Of a stretch of 64,000 bases of DNA, positions 9,819 through 19,690 are shown one piece after another (position 1 is the stretch's first letter; each line of letters opens with the position of its first letter). The stretch comes from Nitrospinales bacterium. Its GTDB lineage: Bacteria; Nitrospinota; Nitrospinia; Nitrospinales; VA-1. The position numbers and the translations under genes were made by a program. The notes beneath the pieces were generated by a model, which did not search any database, was not told where the DNA came from, and was given only the letters and a program-made list of their open reading frames with translations. Location of the stretch: positions 3,168,001 through 3,232,000 of the forward strand of contig CBDCXL010000002.1 in the NCBI GenBank assembly GCA_965223795.1. The letters are read 5' to 3'.

Positions 9819-11201
9819 TCAGAAGTGGAGGAAGGCCGGTTTTCCCACCGGGAACACATTGAAGCCGATTTTGTGCAGTTCCTGGTGGTTCAGATGGTTG
9901 CGCCCGTCGAAGATGAAAGCGGGTTTGGCCATGGACTTGTAAATGCGCTCGAAGTCCAGATCGCGGTACTGCTGCCACGCGGTCATCAGAGTGAGGGCGT
10001 GCGCGCCTTCCGCAGCTTTGTACGGGTCTTCAACGTATTCCACATTGTCCAGCCCCTGCATGTCCTTCTTCGCGTTTTCCAGGGCGTGCGGGTCGGTGAT
10101 GGTCAGGTGGGCTTTTTCCTCCAGCAGCCGCTTGCCGATGTAAATGGCGGGCGTGTCGCGGGTGTCGCCGGTGTCCGGCTTGAAGGCAAAGCCGAGCATC
10201 GCCACTTTTTTCCCGACCAGGGTGTTGAACATGCTTTTCAGGATGCGTTTCACGAAGCGGTCCACCTGGTAATCGTTGATCGCGATCACCTGTCGCCAGA
10301 AATCCGCCACTTCATTGAGCTGGTAATGCTCGCAGAGGTACACCAGGTTGAGGATGTCCTTGCGGAAGCAGGAACCGCCGAACCCGACGCCGGCGTTGAG
10401 AAACTTGTCGCCGACCCGCGAGTCCTTGCCCACGGCGCGGGCCACTTCCTGCACATCGGCTTCCGTCGCTTCGCAGATGGCGGCGATGCTGTTGATGGAG
10501 GAGATGCGCTGGGCGAGAAACGCGTTGGAGGCCAGCTTGGAAAGCTCGCTGCTCCACACGTTGGTGGTGATGAGCTTTTCGCGCGGAATCCATTTGAGGT
10601 AGATGTCCAGAAGCTGATCGCGCGCCGCGATGCCGGATGGGGTTTCGTTGGAGCCGATCAGAATGCGGTCGGGATTTTCCATGTCCTGGATGGCGGTGCC
10701 TTCGGCCATGAACTCGGGATTGGAAAGGATCTCGAATTTGACGCCGTTGCTGCCGGAATGCAGGATGGTTTTCAGGGTCTCCGCGTTGCGCACCGGCAGC
10801 GTGCTCTTTTCGATGACGATTTTGTCCGAGCGGGAGTTTTCCTTGATGCGGCGGGCGGTTTTTTCCACGAACTGAAGATCGACGGCTTTGCCCTTGCCTT
10901 CACCGAAAGTTTTGGTGGGGGTGTTGACGGAAACGAAGATGATGTCGGCTTCGTCGATTTCCCGGTCGATGTCGGTGGAGAAGAACAGGTTTTTGCCGCG
11001 GACTTTTTCGACACGGTCCTGCAGCCCCGGCTCGAAGATGGGCAGCCGGTCCGAATTCCAGGCGTCGATCCGCTCCTGGGAAATATCGACCACCGTGATT
11101 TTATGTTCCGGGCATTTATTGGCAATCACCGTCATCGTGGGGCCTCCCACGTATCCGGCACCGACACAAACAATGTTTTTTGAAAATGCCTTTTTCTCCA
11201 T
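9819..11201 (-). CDS. ugd: UDP-glucose 6-dehydrogenase
   Basis: [54 protein letters not shown]. Confidence 0.95.
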   Translation of the reverse strand: MEKKAFSKNIVCVGAGYVGGPTMTVIANKCPEHKITVVDISQERIDAWNSDRLPIFEPGLQDRVEKVRGKNLFFSTDIDREIDEADIIFVSVNTPTKTFGEGKGKAVDLQFVEKTARRIKENSRSDKIVIEKSTLPVRNAETLKTILHSGSNGVKFEILSNPEFMAEGTAIQDMENPDRILIGSNETPSGIAARDQLLDIYLKWIPREKLITTNVWSSELSKLASNAFLAQRISSINSIAAICEATEADVQEVARAVGKDSRVGDKFLNAGVGFGGSCFRKDILNLVYLCEHYQLNEVADFWRQVIAINDYQVDRFVKRILKSMFNTLVGKKVAMLGFAFKPDTGDTRDTPAIYIGKRLLEEKAHLTITDPHALENAKKDMQGLDNVEYVEDPYKAAEGAHALTLMTAWQQYRDLDFERIYKSMAKPAFIFDGRNHLNHQELHKIGFNVFPVGKPAFLHF

Positions 11202-11717
11202 CGTTTTCCTCTTCGCTAAAGTGAATGCCACGTTTTATGGGCCGGCGGTTTCCAGCCCGATTTTAAATAAATTTGGGTATGCAAACGGGTTCGCACTGGA
11301 TGCGATCCAGCGGGGTGGTCCTGCCGGCCGGAGCCGTGCGCTGAGGTTCCCCCGCAGACGTTTTCGTGTTGCCGTTTCCTGCAAGCAGGGCATGGGCCCC
11401 GCACTGTCCAGCCGAGAGTATAGATTGCGGGTATCACGCGCCCGTCAAGCTCCCGTCACAATACGGTCAATTCCAATCGCGGCCCGGCGCCGCGCCGGCA
11501 ACAAAACGGCCTCGTGAAAGCCCGCAAAGCCCCGGCGAATGATTGCTTTATGAATGCCGGGGAGCGTGGTATATTCCGTCGGTCGACTCCCCGGATTCGC
11601 GGGGAACCTGCCCAGGCCGTCCGCCGGGCGATGTGGCTGCCTTTATTTAAAGTTAAGCTCTGCATCCCATAAGATCAAGCCTTCGCTGGCAAAAGATCGG
11701 CCGCACCGGAGGAAGGA

Positions 11718-13142
11718 TTGTTTAACAAGCTGATGTGGTTGGCTGGATGCCTTTGCATCGTTTTTATATTCGCCGGCTGCGATAAAAAACTCACCCAATC
11801 CGAAGCCCGCTCCCTGGATGAAGACAAAGGTTCCGCACCGAGCGGAATTTTTGCCGATTCGTTTCTTTCCATCCTTCCCGGAAAAACCGGTTTCGGGATG
11901 GACACGCCCGCGGGCAGCGGCCCCAAACGCGCGGGCGGGACCGTCTTTCATGTCACCAGCCTGGCCGACTCCGGCGAGGGTACGCTGCGCGAAGCGCTCG
12001 AAGCCGAAGGGCCGCGCGTCATCGTGTTTGACGTTTCGGGATACATCGATCTCAAATCCGAGCTGGTCGTCATCCATCCCTATCTGACCCTCGCGGGCCA
12101 GACCGCGCCTTCGCCGGGCATCACCCTCAAGGGAGCCGGCATCGAAATCACCACCCACGACGTGCTGATCCAGCACATCCGCATTCGCGTCGGCGACAGC
12201 GAAGAGGGGCCTTCGCCCTCCAACCGCGACGCGCTCGGCATCTACGACCATCCCGATGAAGACGACGTGTACAACATCGTGATCGACCACGTGTCCTTAA
12301 GCTGGGCCATCGATGAGAACATCAACACCTGGTACGAGGGCGTGCACGACGTCACCATTTCCAGCAGCATCATCAGTGAAGCGCTGTGGCATTCGCTGCA
12401 TCCGAAAGGGCCGCACTCGAAGGGGTTTCTGGTCGGCTTCGGGACGCACAATCTTTCGGTGATCGGCAACCTGTTCGCGCACAACGATCAGCGCAATCCC
12501 AACGTGCATGGCAACACCAGCACGCTGTTCGTCAACAACCTCATCTACAACTGGCACGGATCGCATCCGCACCGGGCCGCCAGCAGCTTCGGCTCCGATT
12601 ACGGCGAATTCGACGCGACGCTGGTCGGCAACGTCTATCTGCGCGGCAAAGACACGGTCAAGACGGACCGGAACGTGTCCATCCTGGTGGATGAAGATAC
12701 GGTGGACGGGTCGCGTATGTACGTCAAAGACAACTGGGTCGATCAACGCGCCGTCGATTCGTGGCAGCTGGTCAAGATGCGCGCCGATGACGATGTCCGG
12801 GTGGACACGCCGCCGATCTGGATTCCTTCGCTGCAGATCAAACGCAGCGCGCACGTTCCCCGCCTGATCCTCAACAGCGCGGGCGCCCGTCCGGCCGACC
12901 GCGACGCTGTGGATCTGCGCATCCTGAACGATGTGCGGCGGAACTCCGGGAAAATCATCGACAGCCAGAAGCAGGTGGGGGGCTGGCCGCCGCTCGCTGA
13001 AAACGTGCGCGGGAAAAACGGCGTCCCCAAACTGATCGTGCCTTCGCAGAAAATCCAGCCAAGCGGTTACACCGCGCTTGAGGAATGGCTGCATGCCCTC
13101 GCCGACAAGGTGGAGAGGCCCGCCATGCTGCCGCCGCGCTGA
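11718..13142 (+). CDS. Pectate lyase-like (PL1) lipoprotein
   Basis: Lipobox IFAG-C; VTSLADSGEGTLREAL, GPRVIVF, AGQTAPSPGI, IDHVSLSWAIDE, HNDQRNP. Confidence 0.85.
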   Translation: MFNKLMWLAGCLCIVFIFAGCDKKLTQSEARSLDEDKGSAPSGIFADSFLSILPGKTGFGMDTPAGSGPKRAGGTVFHVTSLADSGEGTLREALEAEGPRVIVFDVSGYIDLKSELVVIHPYLTLAGQTAPSPGITLKGAGIEITTHDVLIQHIRIRVGDSEEGPSPSNRDALGIYDHPDEDDVYNIVIDHVSLSWAIDENINTWYEGVHDVTISSSIISEALWHSLHPKGPHSKGFLVGFGTHNLSVIGNLFAHNDQRNPNVHGNTSTLFVNNLIYNWHGSHPHRAASSFGSDYGEFDATLVGNVYLRGKDTVKTDRNVSILVDEDTVDGSRMYVKDNWVDQRAVDSWQLVKMRADDDVRVDTPPIWIPSLQIKRSAHVPRLILNSAGARPADRDAVDLRILNDVRRNSGKIIDSQKQVGGWPPLAENVRGKNGVPKLIVPSQKIQPSGYTALEEWLHALADKVERPAMLPPR

Positions 13143-13195
13143 CTCTCACGAACAAGCCTTTACATCAGCCGGACACACGGTAAGCGGAGTTGCGT

Positions 13196-13228
13196 GCTGT
13201 CACCCTTCGACAGGCTCAGGGTGACAGC
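13196..13228. repeat. REP-like palindromic element between convergent genes
   Basis: GCTGTCACCCT-tcgacaggctc-AGGGTGACAGC, 11-bp stem. Confidence 0.7.
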
Positions 13229-13270
13229 TAAGAGACGCATGCAGTGGTTTCCGCAGCGCGGTGCTAAGAA

Positions 13271-14254
13271 TCAGACGCCGTGCAGCTTGCGCCGGGCCGT
13301 GCCGGTGATCCGGTCCATCGCGTTCGAGAACCGGGAGTGATCGATCAGGTAGATCCCGTAGCCGACCGGCAGCATGATGGCCCACAGGAATTTTGAAAAC
13401 CCCTTGTTCACCGCTTTGGAAAGCTGCACCACCCGCTCTCCCGCGTGCTTGGCGTAACGGGTGTAGAGGAACGCGGAAATGAAAAAGGTGTGCGGCGAAT
13501 GCCGGAACCAGTGGATGCCGTCGTTGAGGATCGTGAGGTTGCGCATGGCGCGCGCCTTGGAGTTTTTGTGCGGCGGCGTCGGCAACGACATCTGATCGGC
13601 GCGTCCGTCCTCGGCGATGTAGTAGATGCGCAGCTGCTCGTTGACATAGCGGGTCTGGTATTTGCGCGCGATCTTGATCCAGATCGTGCCGGGCAGCATG
13701 TGCACGCCGTTCTTCAAATCGGGGAAGGGGTACTGGCGCAGCACTTCCACACGCTGCATGCCCCATTTTTCACCCTTGATCTTGTACTTGAAGGAATTCT
13801 CGCCGGAATTGGAGTCAAAAATGTCTTTGGGGTAGGGGTCGCCCACCAGTTTTCCGTTCTGATCCTTGCACAGAGCCGTGACGCCGATGAACTTGTCCTT
13901 GTCGGCGTCGGGAATGTCCTCCCAGTTCTTGAGCAGCCGCTCCAGGCCTTCGGGCAGGATGGCGTCGTCGGAATCCAGGTTGGTCAGAAAGCGGCCGCGC
14001 GCTTCGGCGACGCCGCGGTTCCAGGCGATGTGCCAGCCGGTGTTGTCCTTCCAGGAAAAGTGGCGGATGGGAAAGTCGGCTTCCTGTTTCCACTTCTCTA
14101 TGAGTTCGTCGGTGTTGTCGGTGGAACCGTTGTTCATGATGACCCACTCAAAATCGCGGAAGGTCTGCGCCTTCAGACTGTCGTACACGCGGTGCAGACA
14201 GAACGCCCGGTTGTAAGAGCAGGTGAACACGGTGATGGTGTGATCGTACTTCAT
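13271..14254 (-). CDS. Glycosyltransferase family 2
   Basis: SYNRA, NNGSTDNT, LDSDD (DxD) motif. Confidence 0.92.
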   Translation of the reverse strand: MKYDHTITVFTCSYNRAFCLHRVYDSLKAQTFRDFEWVIMNNGSTDNTDELIEKWKQEADFPIRHFSWKDNTGWHIAWNRGVAEARGRFLTNLDSDDAILPEGLERLLKNWEDIPDADKDKFIGVTALCKDQNGKLVGDPYPKDIFDSNSGENSFKYKIKGEKWGMQRVEVLRQYPFPDLKNGVHMLPGTIWIKIARKYQTRYVNEQLRIYYIAEDGRADQMSLPTPPHKNSKARAMRNLTILNDGIHWFRHSPHTFFISAFLYTRYAKHAGERVVQLSKAVNKGFSKFLWAIMLPVGYGIYLIDHSRFSNAMDRITGTARRKLHGV

Positions 14255-14340
14255 GTTTCAATCTCCTTTGCTCCCCCCGGGCCAATTTGATTTTGATGGT
14301 TCCAATGATTCACGATACCAGTTTTAAAAACGCGTTGCAT

Positions 14341-15369
14341 TCACTTCATGACCGTTGAATTTTTTACGGAGTAATAGGACGTAAACCATTCGACGAAGTT
14401 TTTAACGCCTTCGTGAATGTTGAACCTGGGCTTGTAACCGAAGTCCTCGATCAGGCCGGATACGTCCGCGTGCGATTTGTGAAAGTCGCCGAGCTGAAAC
14501 GGCATCATGTTGAGCTGGGCCTTGATGCCGAGGTTTTTCTCGATCTCGCGGATGAAGTCCATCAGCTTGACCGGCGAATTGGAGCCGATGTTGTAGAGCC
14601 TGAACGGCGCCGACGAGGTGCACGGGTTGGGCGCGGTTTCGTCCCAGTCCGGGTCCGGTTCGGCGACTTTCTGCACGACGCGGATGACGCCTTCGACGAT
14701 GTCGTCGATGTAGGTGAAGTCGCGGATCATGTTGCCGTGGTTGAACACGTCGATCGGCTTGTCCTCCAGGATGTTCTTGGTGAACAGGAACAGGGCCATG
14801 TCCGGCCGGCCCCAGGGACCGTACACGGTGAAAAAGCGCAATCCGGTAACAGGAAGGTTGAACAGATGCGCGTAGGAATGCGCCATCATCTCGTTGTCCT
14901 TCTTGGTCGCGGCATAGAGCGAGACCGGGTGGTTGGCGCTGTCCTGAACCGAAAAGGGATACTTCTTGTTGAGCCCGTACACCGAGCTGGTCGAAGCGAA
15001 CACCAGGTGCTCCACCTGATGGTGGCGGCAGCCTTCGAGAATGTTGAGCGTGCCCACGACGTTGCTCTGAATGTAGGTGTGCGGGTCCTGCAAAGAATAA
15101 CGCACGCCCGCCTGTGCGCCCAGGTGGATGACGCGCTGCGGCTTCTCCTTGTTGAACAGCTTCGCCACGCCAGCCTGGTCCGACAGGTCGGTCTTGTAAA
15201 AGGTGAACTGGGAAAATTCCTTCAGCAGCTTCAGCCGGGACTTTTTCAGCTCGACGGAATAGTACTTGTTCATGTTGTCGAGACCCACCACTTCGTGTCC
15301 CATCTCCATGAGGCGTTTGGACGTGTGGAAGCCGATGAATCCCGCTGCGCCTGTGACCAGAATTTTCAT
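14341..15369 (-). CDS. uge: NAD-dependent epimerase, probable UDP-glucuronate 4-epimerase
   Basis: TGAAGFIG, AQAGVRYS, YAATKK, RFFTVYGPWGRPDMA. Confidence 0.88.
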   Translation of the reverse strand: MKILVTGAAGFIGFHTSKRLMEMGHEVVGLDNMNKYYSVELKKSRLKLLKEFSQFTFYKTDLSDQAGVAKLFNKEKPQRVIHLGAQAGVRYSLQDPHTYIQSNVVGTLNILEGCRHHQVEHLVFASTSSVYGLNKKYPFSVQDSANHPVSLYAATKKDNEMMAHSYAHLFNLPVTGLRFFTVYGPWGRPDMALFLFTKNILEDKPIDVFNHGNMIRDFTYIDDIVEGVIRVVQKVAEPDPDWDETAPNPCTSSAPFRLYNIGSNSPVKLMDFIREIEKNLGIKAQLNMMPFQLGDFHKSHADVSGLIEDFGYKPRFNIHEGVKNFVEWFTSYYSVKNSTVMK

Positions 15370-15414
15370 GTAACGGTTCTCTCCATTAATGAGCGATAGA
15401 GGTGATGCCGAAGG

Positions 15415-16554
15415 TCAGTCGTTGTAAAACGCCTTGATCGTCTGCACCACGTATTCCTGCTGCTCCGCCGTCATGCCCGGATACACCGGCAGCGCCAGGG
15501 TTTCGCGGCACGCCGCCTCGGACACGGGGAAATCCCCTTCCTTGTGTCCCAGGTAAGCGAAGCAGTCCTGCAGGTGGAAGGGGACCGGGTAGTAGACCTC
15601 GGTGCCGATTCCCTTGTCCTTCAAATGAGCGCGCAGGGTGTCGCGGTCCTGCACGCGGATCACGTACTGATTGTAGATGTGGTGATTGAGCACCTTGGAA
15701 TCGGCGTACACCGCTTCCGGCACCTTGACACGGCCGGTCTCGACCAGGCAGTTTTCCTTGAACAGAGCGTTGTAGCGGCCGGCGTTTTCGCGCCGCGCGG
15801 CGTTCCAGGATTCCAGGTGGTCGAGCTTCACGTCCAGCACCGCCGCCTGCAGGCTGTCCAGGCGGAAATTGCCGCCGATCAGCTTATGGTAATACTTGGG
15901 CCGGCTGCCGTGCACCCGCAATATGCGGATCCTGTCTTCCAGCGCGTCGTCGTTGGTGACGACCATGCCGCCGTCGCCGAAACCGCCGAGGTTTTTGGTC
16001 GGGAAGAAGGAGAAGCAGCCCACATCTCCCAGGTTGCCGGTTTTGCGGCCGTCCTTGTACTGCGCGCCCAAAGACTGCGCGGCGTCCTCCACCACTTTCA
16101 GGTTGTGCTTGCGCGCGATTGCGACGATGCGGTCGCTGTCGGCGCACTGGCCGTACAGGTGCACGGGCAGGATCACTTTGGTCTTGTCCGTGATCGCGGC
16201 TTCTATCTTGTCCGGGTCGATGTTGTAGGTGACCGGATCGATGTCCACGAACACCGGCTTGGCTCCCAGCCGGGAGACGCAACCCGCCGTCGCGAAAAAC
16301 GAGAACGGTGTGGTGATCACTTCGTCGCCGGGCTCGACGTCCAGCGCCATGAGCGAGATGAGCAGGGCGTCGGTGCCGGAGGAGACGCCGATGGCGTGTC
16401 CGGTGCCGCAGTAATCGGCGATTTTTTTCTCGAAGTTCTGCACTTCCGCGCCGAGGATGAAGGCGCTTTTTTTGACGACCCGTGTGATCGCCTTGAAAAT
16501 TTCTCCCTCGATGGGGTCGTGCTGTTTGCTCAGGTCCAGTAAAGGTATATTCAT
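15415..16554 (-). CDS. DegT/DnrJ/EryC1/StrS aminotransferase (WbpE-like)
   Basis: SGTDAL, VHLYGQ, EDAAQS, SFFPTKNLGGFGDGG. Confidence 0.92.
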   Translation of the reverse strand: MNIPLLDLSKQHDPIEGEIFKAITRVVKKSAFILGAEVQNFEKKIADYCGTGHAIGVSSGTDALLISLMALDVEPGDEVITTPFSFFATAGCVSRLGAKPVFVDIDPVTYNIDPDKIEAAITDKTKVILPVHLYGQCADSDRIVAIARKHNLKVVEDAAQSLGAQYKDGRKTGNLGDVGCFSFFPTKNLGGFGDGGMVVTNDDALEDRIRILRVHGSRPKYYHKLIGGNFRLDSLQAAVLDVKLDHLESWNAARRENAGRYNALFKENCLVETGRVKVPEAVYADSKVLNHHIYNQYVIRVQDRDTLRAHLKDKGIGTEVYYPVPFHLQDCFAYLGHKEGDFPVSEAACRETLALPVYPGMTAEQQEYVVQTIKAFYND

Positions 16555-16573
16555 TTTATAGATACCGCTTCCT

Positions 16574-18178
16574 TCAGGAGACAGGTTGTAGTTGATCGCC
16601 TTTCACGGCGTATTCTTGTTTGCACACGTCGCAGATGCCGTGATCGAAATTGACATTGAGCTTTTCGCCGCATTCGCACATCCAGCCCACTCTTTTGGCG
16701 GGGTTCCCCACAACGAGGGCGTAGTCCTGGACGTCTTCGGTGACCACCGCCCCGGCGCCGATGAAGGCGAACTTGCCGATGGAGTTGCCGCAGATGATCG
16801 TGGCGTTGGCGCCGATGGTGGTGCCGCGGCGGACGAGCGTGGTTTTGAACTCGTTCTTTCTCGGCACGGCGCTCCTGGGATTGAACACGTTGGTGAACAC
16901 GCAGGAGGGTCCGCAGAACACATCGTCTTCGAGAACCACGCCTTCATACACGGAAACGTTGTTCTGGATTTTCACGTTGTTGCCGACGATGCCCCTGGGG
17001 CCGATGACCACGTTCTGGCCGATGTTGGCATTGTTGCCGATCTTGGAGTTCTTGAGGATGTGCGAGTAGTGCCAGATCTTGGTGCCTTTGCCGATGACGC
17101 ATCCTTCGTCCACGTAGCTGGACTCGTGCACGAAATAGTCGCTGCCGTTGGGCGAGAGGCCTTCCATATTGGCCTGGGCCTGCTCCAGAACCCGCAGCAC
17201 GCGCAGGCCTTCGGCCCCGTCGGTGTGGAAGGGTTTGCCTTCGATGCCCTCGATGAAGGCGCGGCACTCTTCCAGCAGCGGTTCTTTCCAGTCGCCGGAC
17301 AGATCGATGTGAACGCCTTCCTTTTTCTGCGGCACCGGCGTGTTGCCCTGCCACAGGATGTTGTGCGGGTAGACGGTGAGTTTCTCCTCGCGCGGCAGGG
17401 TGTCGTCGAACACCACCATCTTGCGGTCGCCGATCACCACCAGCTTCTGCTCCTTGAACGGGTGCAGCCAGGATACGAAGATGTGCGCGGAGATGCCGCT
17501 CGGGAAACGCAGGTGCGTGAGGGTCGAATCCGCGATCTTGGGATGCAGGATGGTGGAGCCGAACGCGCGCACGGACACCGGTTCCTCGCCGACCAGAGAC
17601 AGAATCACGGAAATGTCGTGCGGCGCGAAAGACCAGAGGATGTTTTCCTCTTTGCGGATTTTCCCGAGATTGAGCCGGTTCGAATAAATGGTTTGCAGCT
17701 TGCCCAGCTCGCCGGTCTGGATCATTTCCTTTATTTTCAGGATCGCCGGGTGGTAGTGCAGGATGTGTCCGACGAACAGCGTTTTTCCGGTCTGCCCGGC
17801 AAGAGCTTCGAGCTCCTTGCCTTCGCGTTCGGTGAGCGCGAGGGGTTTTTCCACGAACACGTGCTTTTGCGCCAGCAGGGCGTCCTTCACCATGGTGTGG
17901 TGCATGGCGGCGGGCGTGGCGATGGCCAGCGCGTCGATGTCCTGCCTGGAAATCAGGTCCGTGAAGGAACTGGTGATTTCCACGTCGGGGTAGTTTTCCT
18001 TGTGGCTTTGCAAAACTTCTTCTGAAGGGTCGCAGATGACTTTAAGGACACCAAGGTTGTTGAATGTCCTGGCGAGATTTTTCCCCCAATATCCCGCGCC
18101 AATCAAAGCGACGTTCGGTTTGTTCGACAAGAGCGGCCTCCGTTCTGATTTTTTATGACTCTCTAACCGGTCCGGCAC
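16574..18178 (-). CDS. Fusion of Gfo/Idh/MocA oxidoreductase (WbpB-like) and hexapeptide N-acetyltransferase (WbpD-like)
   Basis: GAGYWG, VEKPLA, APHDIS; C-terminal [33 protein letters not shown]; start uncertain. Confidence 0.9.
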   Translation of the reverse strand: MPDRLESHKKSERRPLLSNKPNVALIGAGYWGKNLARTFNNLGVLKVICDPSEEVLQSHKENYPDVEITSSFTDLISRQDIDALAIATPAAMHHTMVKDALLAQKHVFVEKPLALTEREGKELEALAGQTGKTLFVGHILHYHPAILKIKEMIQTGELGKLQTIYSNRLNLGKIRKEENILWSFAPHDISVILSLVGEEPVSVRAFGSTILHPKIADSTLTHLRFPSGISAHIFVSWLHPFKEQKLVVIGDRKMVVFDDTLPREEKLTVYPHNILWQGNTPVPQKKEGVHIDLSGDWKEPLLEECRAFIEGIEGKPFHTDGAEGLRVLRVLEQAQANMEGLSPNGSDYFVHESSYVDEGCVIGKGTKIWHYSHILKNSKIGNNANIGQNVVIGPRGIVGNNVKIQNNVSVYEGVVLEDDVFCGPSCVFTNVFNPRSAVPRKNEFKTTLVRRGTTIGANATIICGNSIGKFAFIGAGAVVTEDVQDYALVVGNPAKRVGWMCECGEKLNVNFDHGICDVCKQEYAVKGDQLQPVS

Positions 18179-18214
18179 CGGTGATCGATATTTTTTGTGA
18201 AAGTGGAACCCGTG

Positions 18215-19519
18215 TCAGGCCTTGACGATTTTTTCCGATCGGATGCGGCCGCAGGCATTGCGGGTGTCCACCACCAATCTGGATTTTTCCACGATGCTCT
18301 CGTAATCGTAGACCGAGTGGTCGGTCAGGATGAGCGTCATGTCGTAGTCGCCGATGTTGTCCAGGGGCACGCTTTTACGCCCCTCGAAATGGCCGTAATC
18401 GCGTTTGGAGCCGAGCACGGGAATGAAAGGATCGTTGAAATCCACGTGCGCGCCGTAGCCCTCGAGCAGTTCCATGATCTTGAAGCTGGGCGATTCGCGC
18501 GCATCGTCGACGTTTTTCTTGTACGCCATCCCCAGAATCAGGATGCGGCTCTGCTTCAGGCTTTTGCCGGCGTTGTTGAGCGCCTTTAAGATTTTCTGCA
18601 GCACGTACTCGGGCATGGAGACGTTGATCTCACCGGCAAGCTCGATGAACCGCGTGGAGACGCCGTACTCGCGTGCTTTCCAGGTCAGGTAAAACGGGTC
18701 GATGGGAATGCAGTGGCCGCCCAGACCGGGGCCCGGATAAAACGGCATGAAGCCGAACGGCTTGGTGCTGGACGCGTCGATCACTTCCCAGATGTCGATG
18801 CCCATTTTGTCGAAGATGATTTTCAGTTCGTTGACCAGGGCGATGTTGATGGAGCGGAAGATGTTTTCCATCAGCTTGGTCGCTTCCGCGGCCTTGGTGC
18901 CGGACACCGGCACGGTCTTTTCGATGATGGACAGGTACAGGGTGTTGGTCAGCTCCAGCCCCAGTTCTGTGTCGGCGCCGAGAACCTTGGGGATCGTCGC
19001 GGTGGAATACTGCTTGTTGTTCGGGTCCTCGCGTTCGGGAGAGTAGGCGACGAAAAAATCCTGGTCGGCCTTGAGCCCGCTGCCGTCCTCCAGCTCGGGG
19101 ATCAGGACCTCGATGGTGGTTCCCGGATACGTGGTCGATTCCAGCACGATCAACTGGTCCTTGCGCAGATACGGTGCGATCTGCCGGGCGGTGGCGACGA
19201 TGAAGCTCATGTCCGGCTCGCGGTTGTGGTTGAGCGGCGTCGGCACGCAGATGAGGATGCAGTCCAGGTTGGCGACGGTGGAAAAATCCGTCGTGGCTTC
19301 AAACCTGCCGCCCTCCACCAGTTTGCCGATTTTTTCTGCGGCAATGTGGCGGATGTAGCTTTCCCCTTTGCTCAGTTGCTCCACCTTGCCGGGATCGACG
19401 TCGAGACCCACAACCCGGAATCCGGCTTTGCTGAATTCGATGACCAGCGGCAGACCCACGTAACCCAGTCCGACCACTCCAACCGTTGCGGTTCTTTCTT
19501 TTATTTTTTGCAGTAGCAA
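18215..19519 (-). CDS. UDP-N-acetylglucosamine 6-dehydrogenase (WbpA/TviB-like)
   Basis: TTG start after GAGGGGGG; GLGYVGLPL, ESTTYPGTT, GPGLGGHCIPIDP. Confidence 0.92.
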   Translation of the reverse strand: MLLQKIKERTATVGVVGLGYVGLPLVIEFSKAGFRVVGLDVDPGKVEQLSKGESYIRHIAAEKIGKLVEGGRFEATTDFSTVANLDCILICVPTPLNHNREPDMSFIVATARQIAPYLRKDQLIVLESTTYPGTTIEVLIPELEDGSGLKADQDFFVAYSPEREDPNNKQYSTATIPKVLGADTELGLELTNTLYLSIIEKTVPVSGTKAAEATKLMENIFRSINIALVNELKIIFDKMGIDIWEVIDASSTKPFGFMPFYPGPGLGGHCIPIDPFYLTWKAREYGVSTRFIELAGEINVSMPEYVLQKILKALNNAGKSLKQSRILILGMAYKKNVDDARESPSFKIMELLEGYGAHVDFNDPFIPVLGSKRDYGHFEGRKSVPLDNIGDYDMTLILTDHSVYDYESIVEKSRLVVDTRNACGRIRSEKIVKA

Positions 19520-19690
19520 GGTCGCTCCCCCCTCATTCAAGTGGAAGTTGTTGTTGATGATGAACGCATGATTGCTGGCCCGTTCCCGACCCGCAGGGGA
19601 TATCCGTTTAAAAAAAACGGAGCGGGTTGAACGCAAAAACCGGTATCTCCAAACCAGTTTCCTGTGCCGGATGATGCTGACGGCGTGCCG

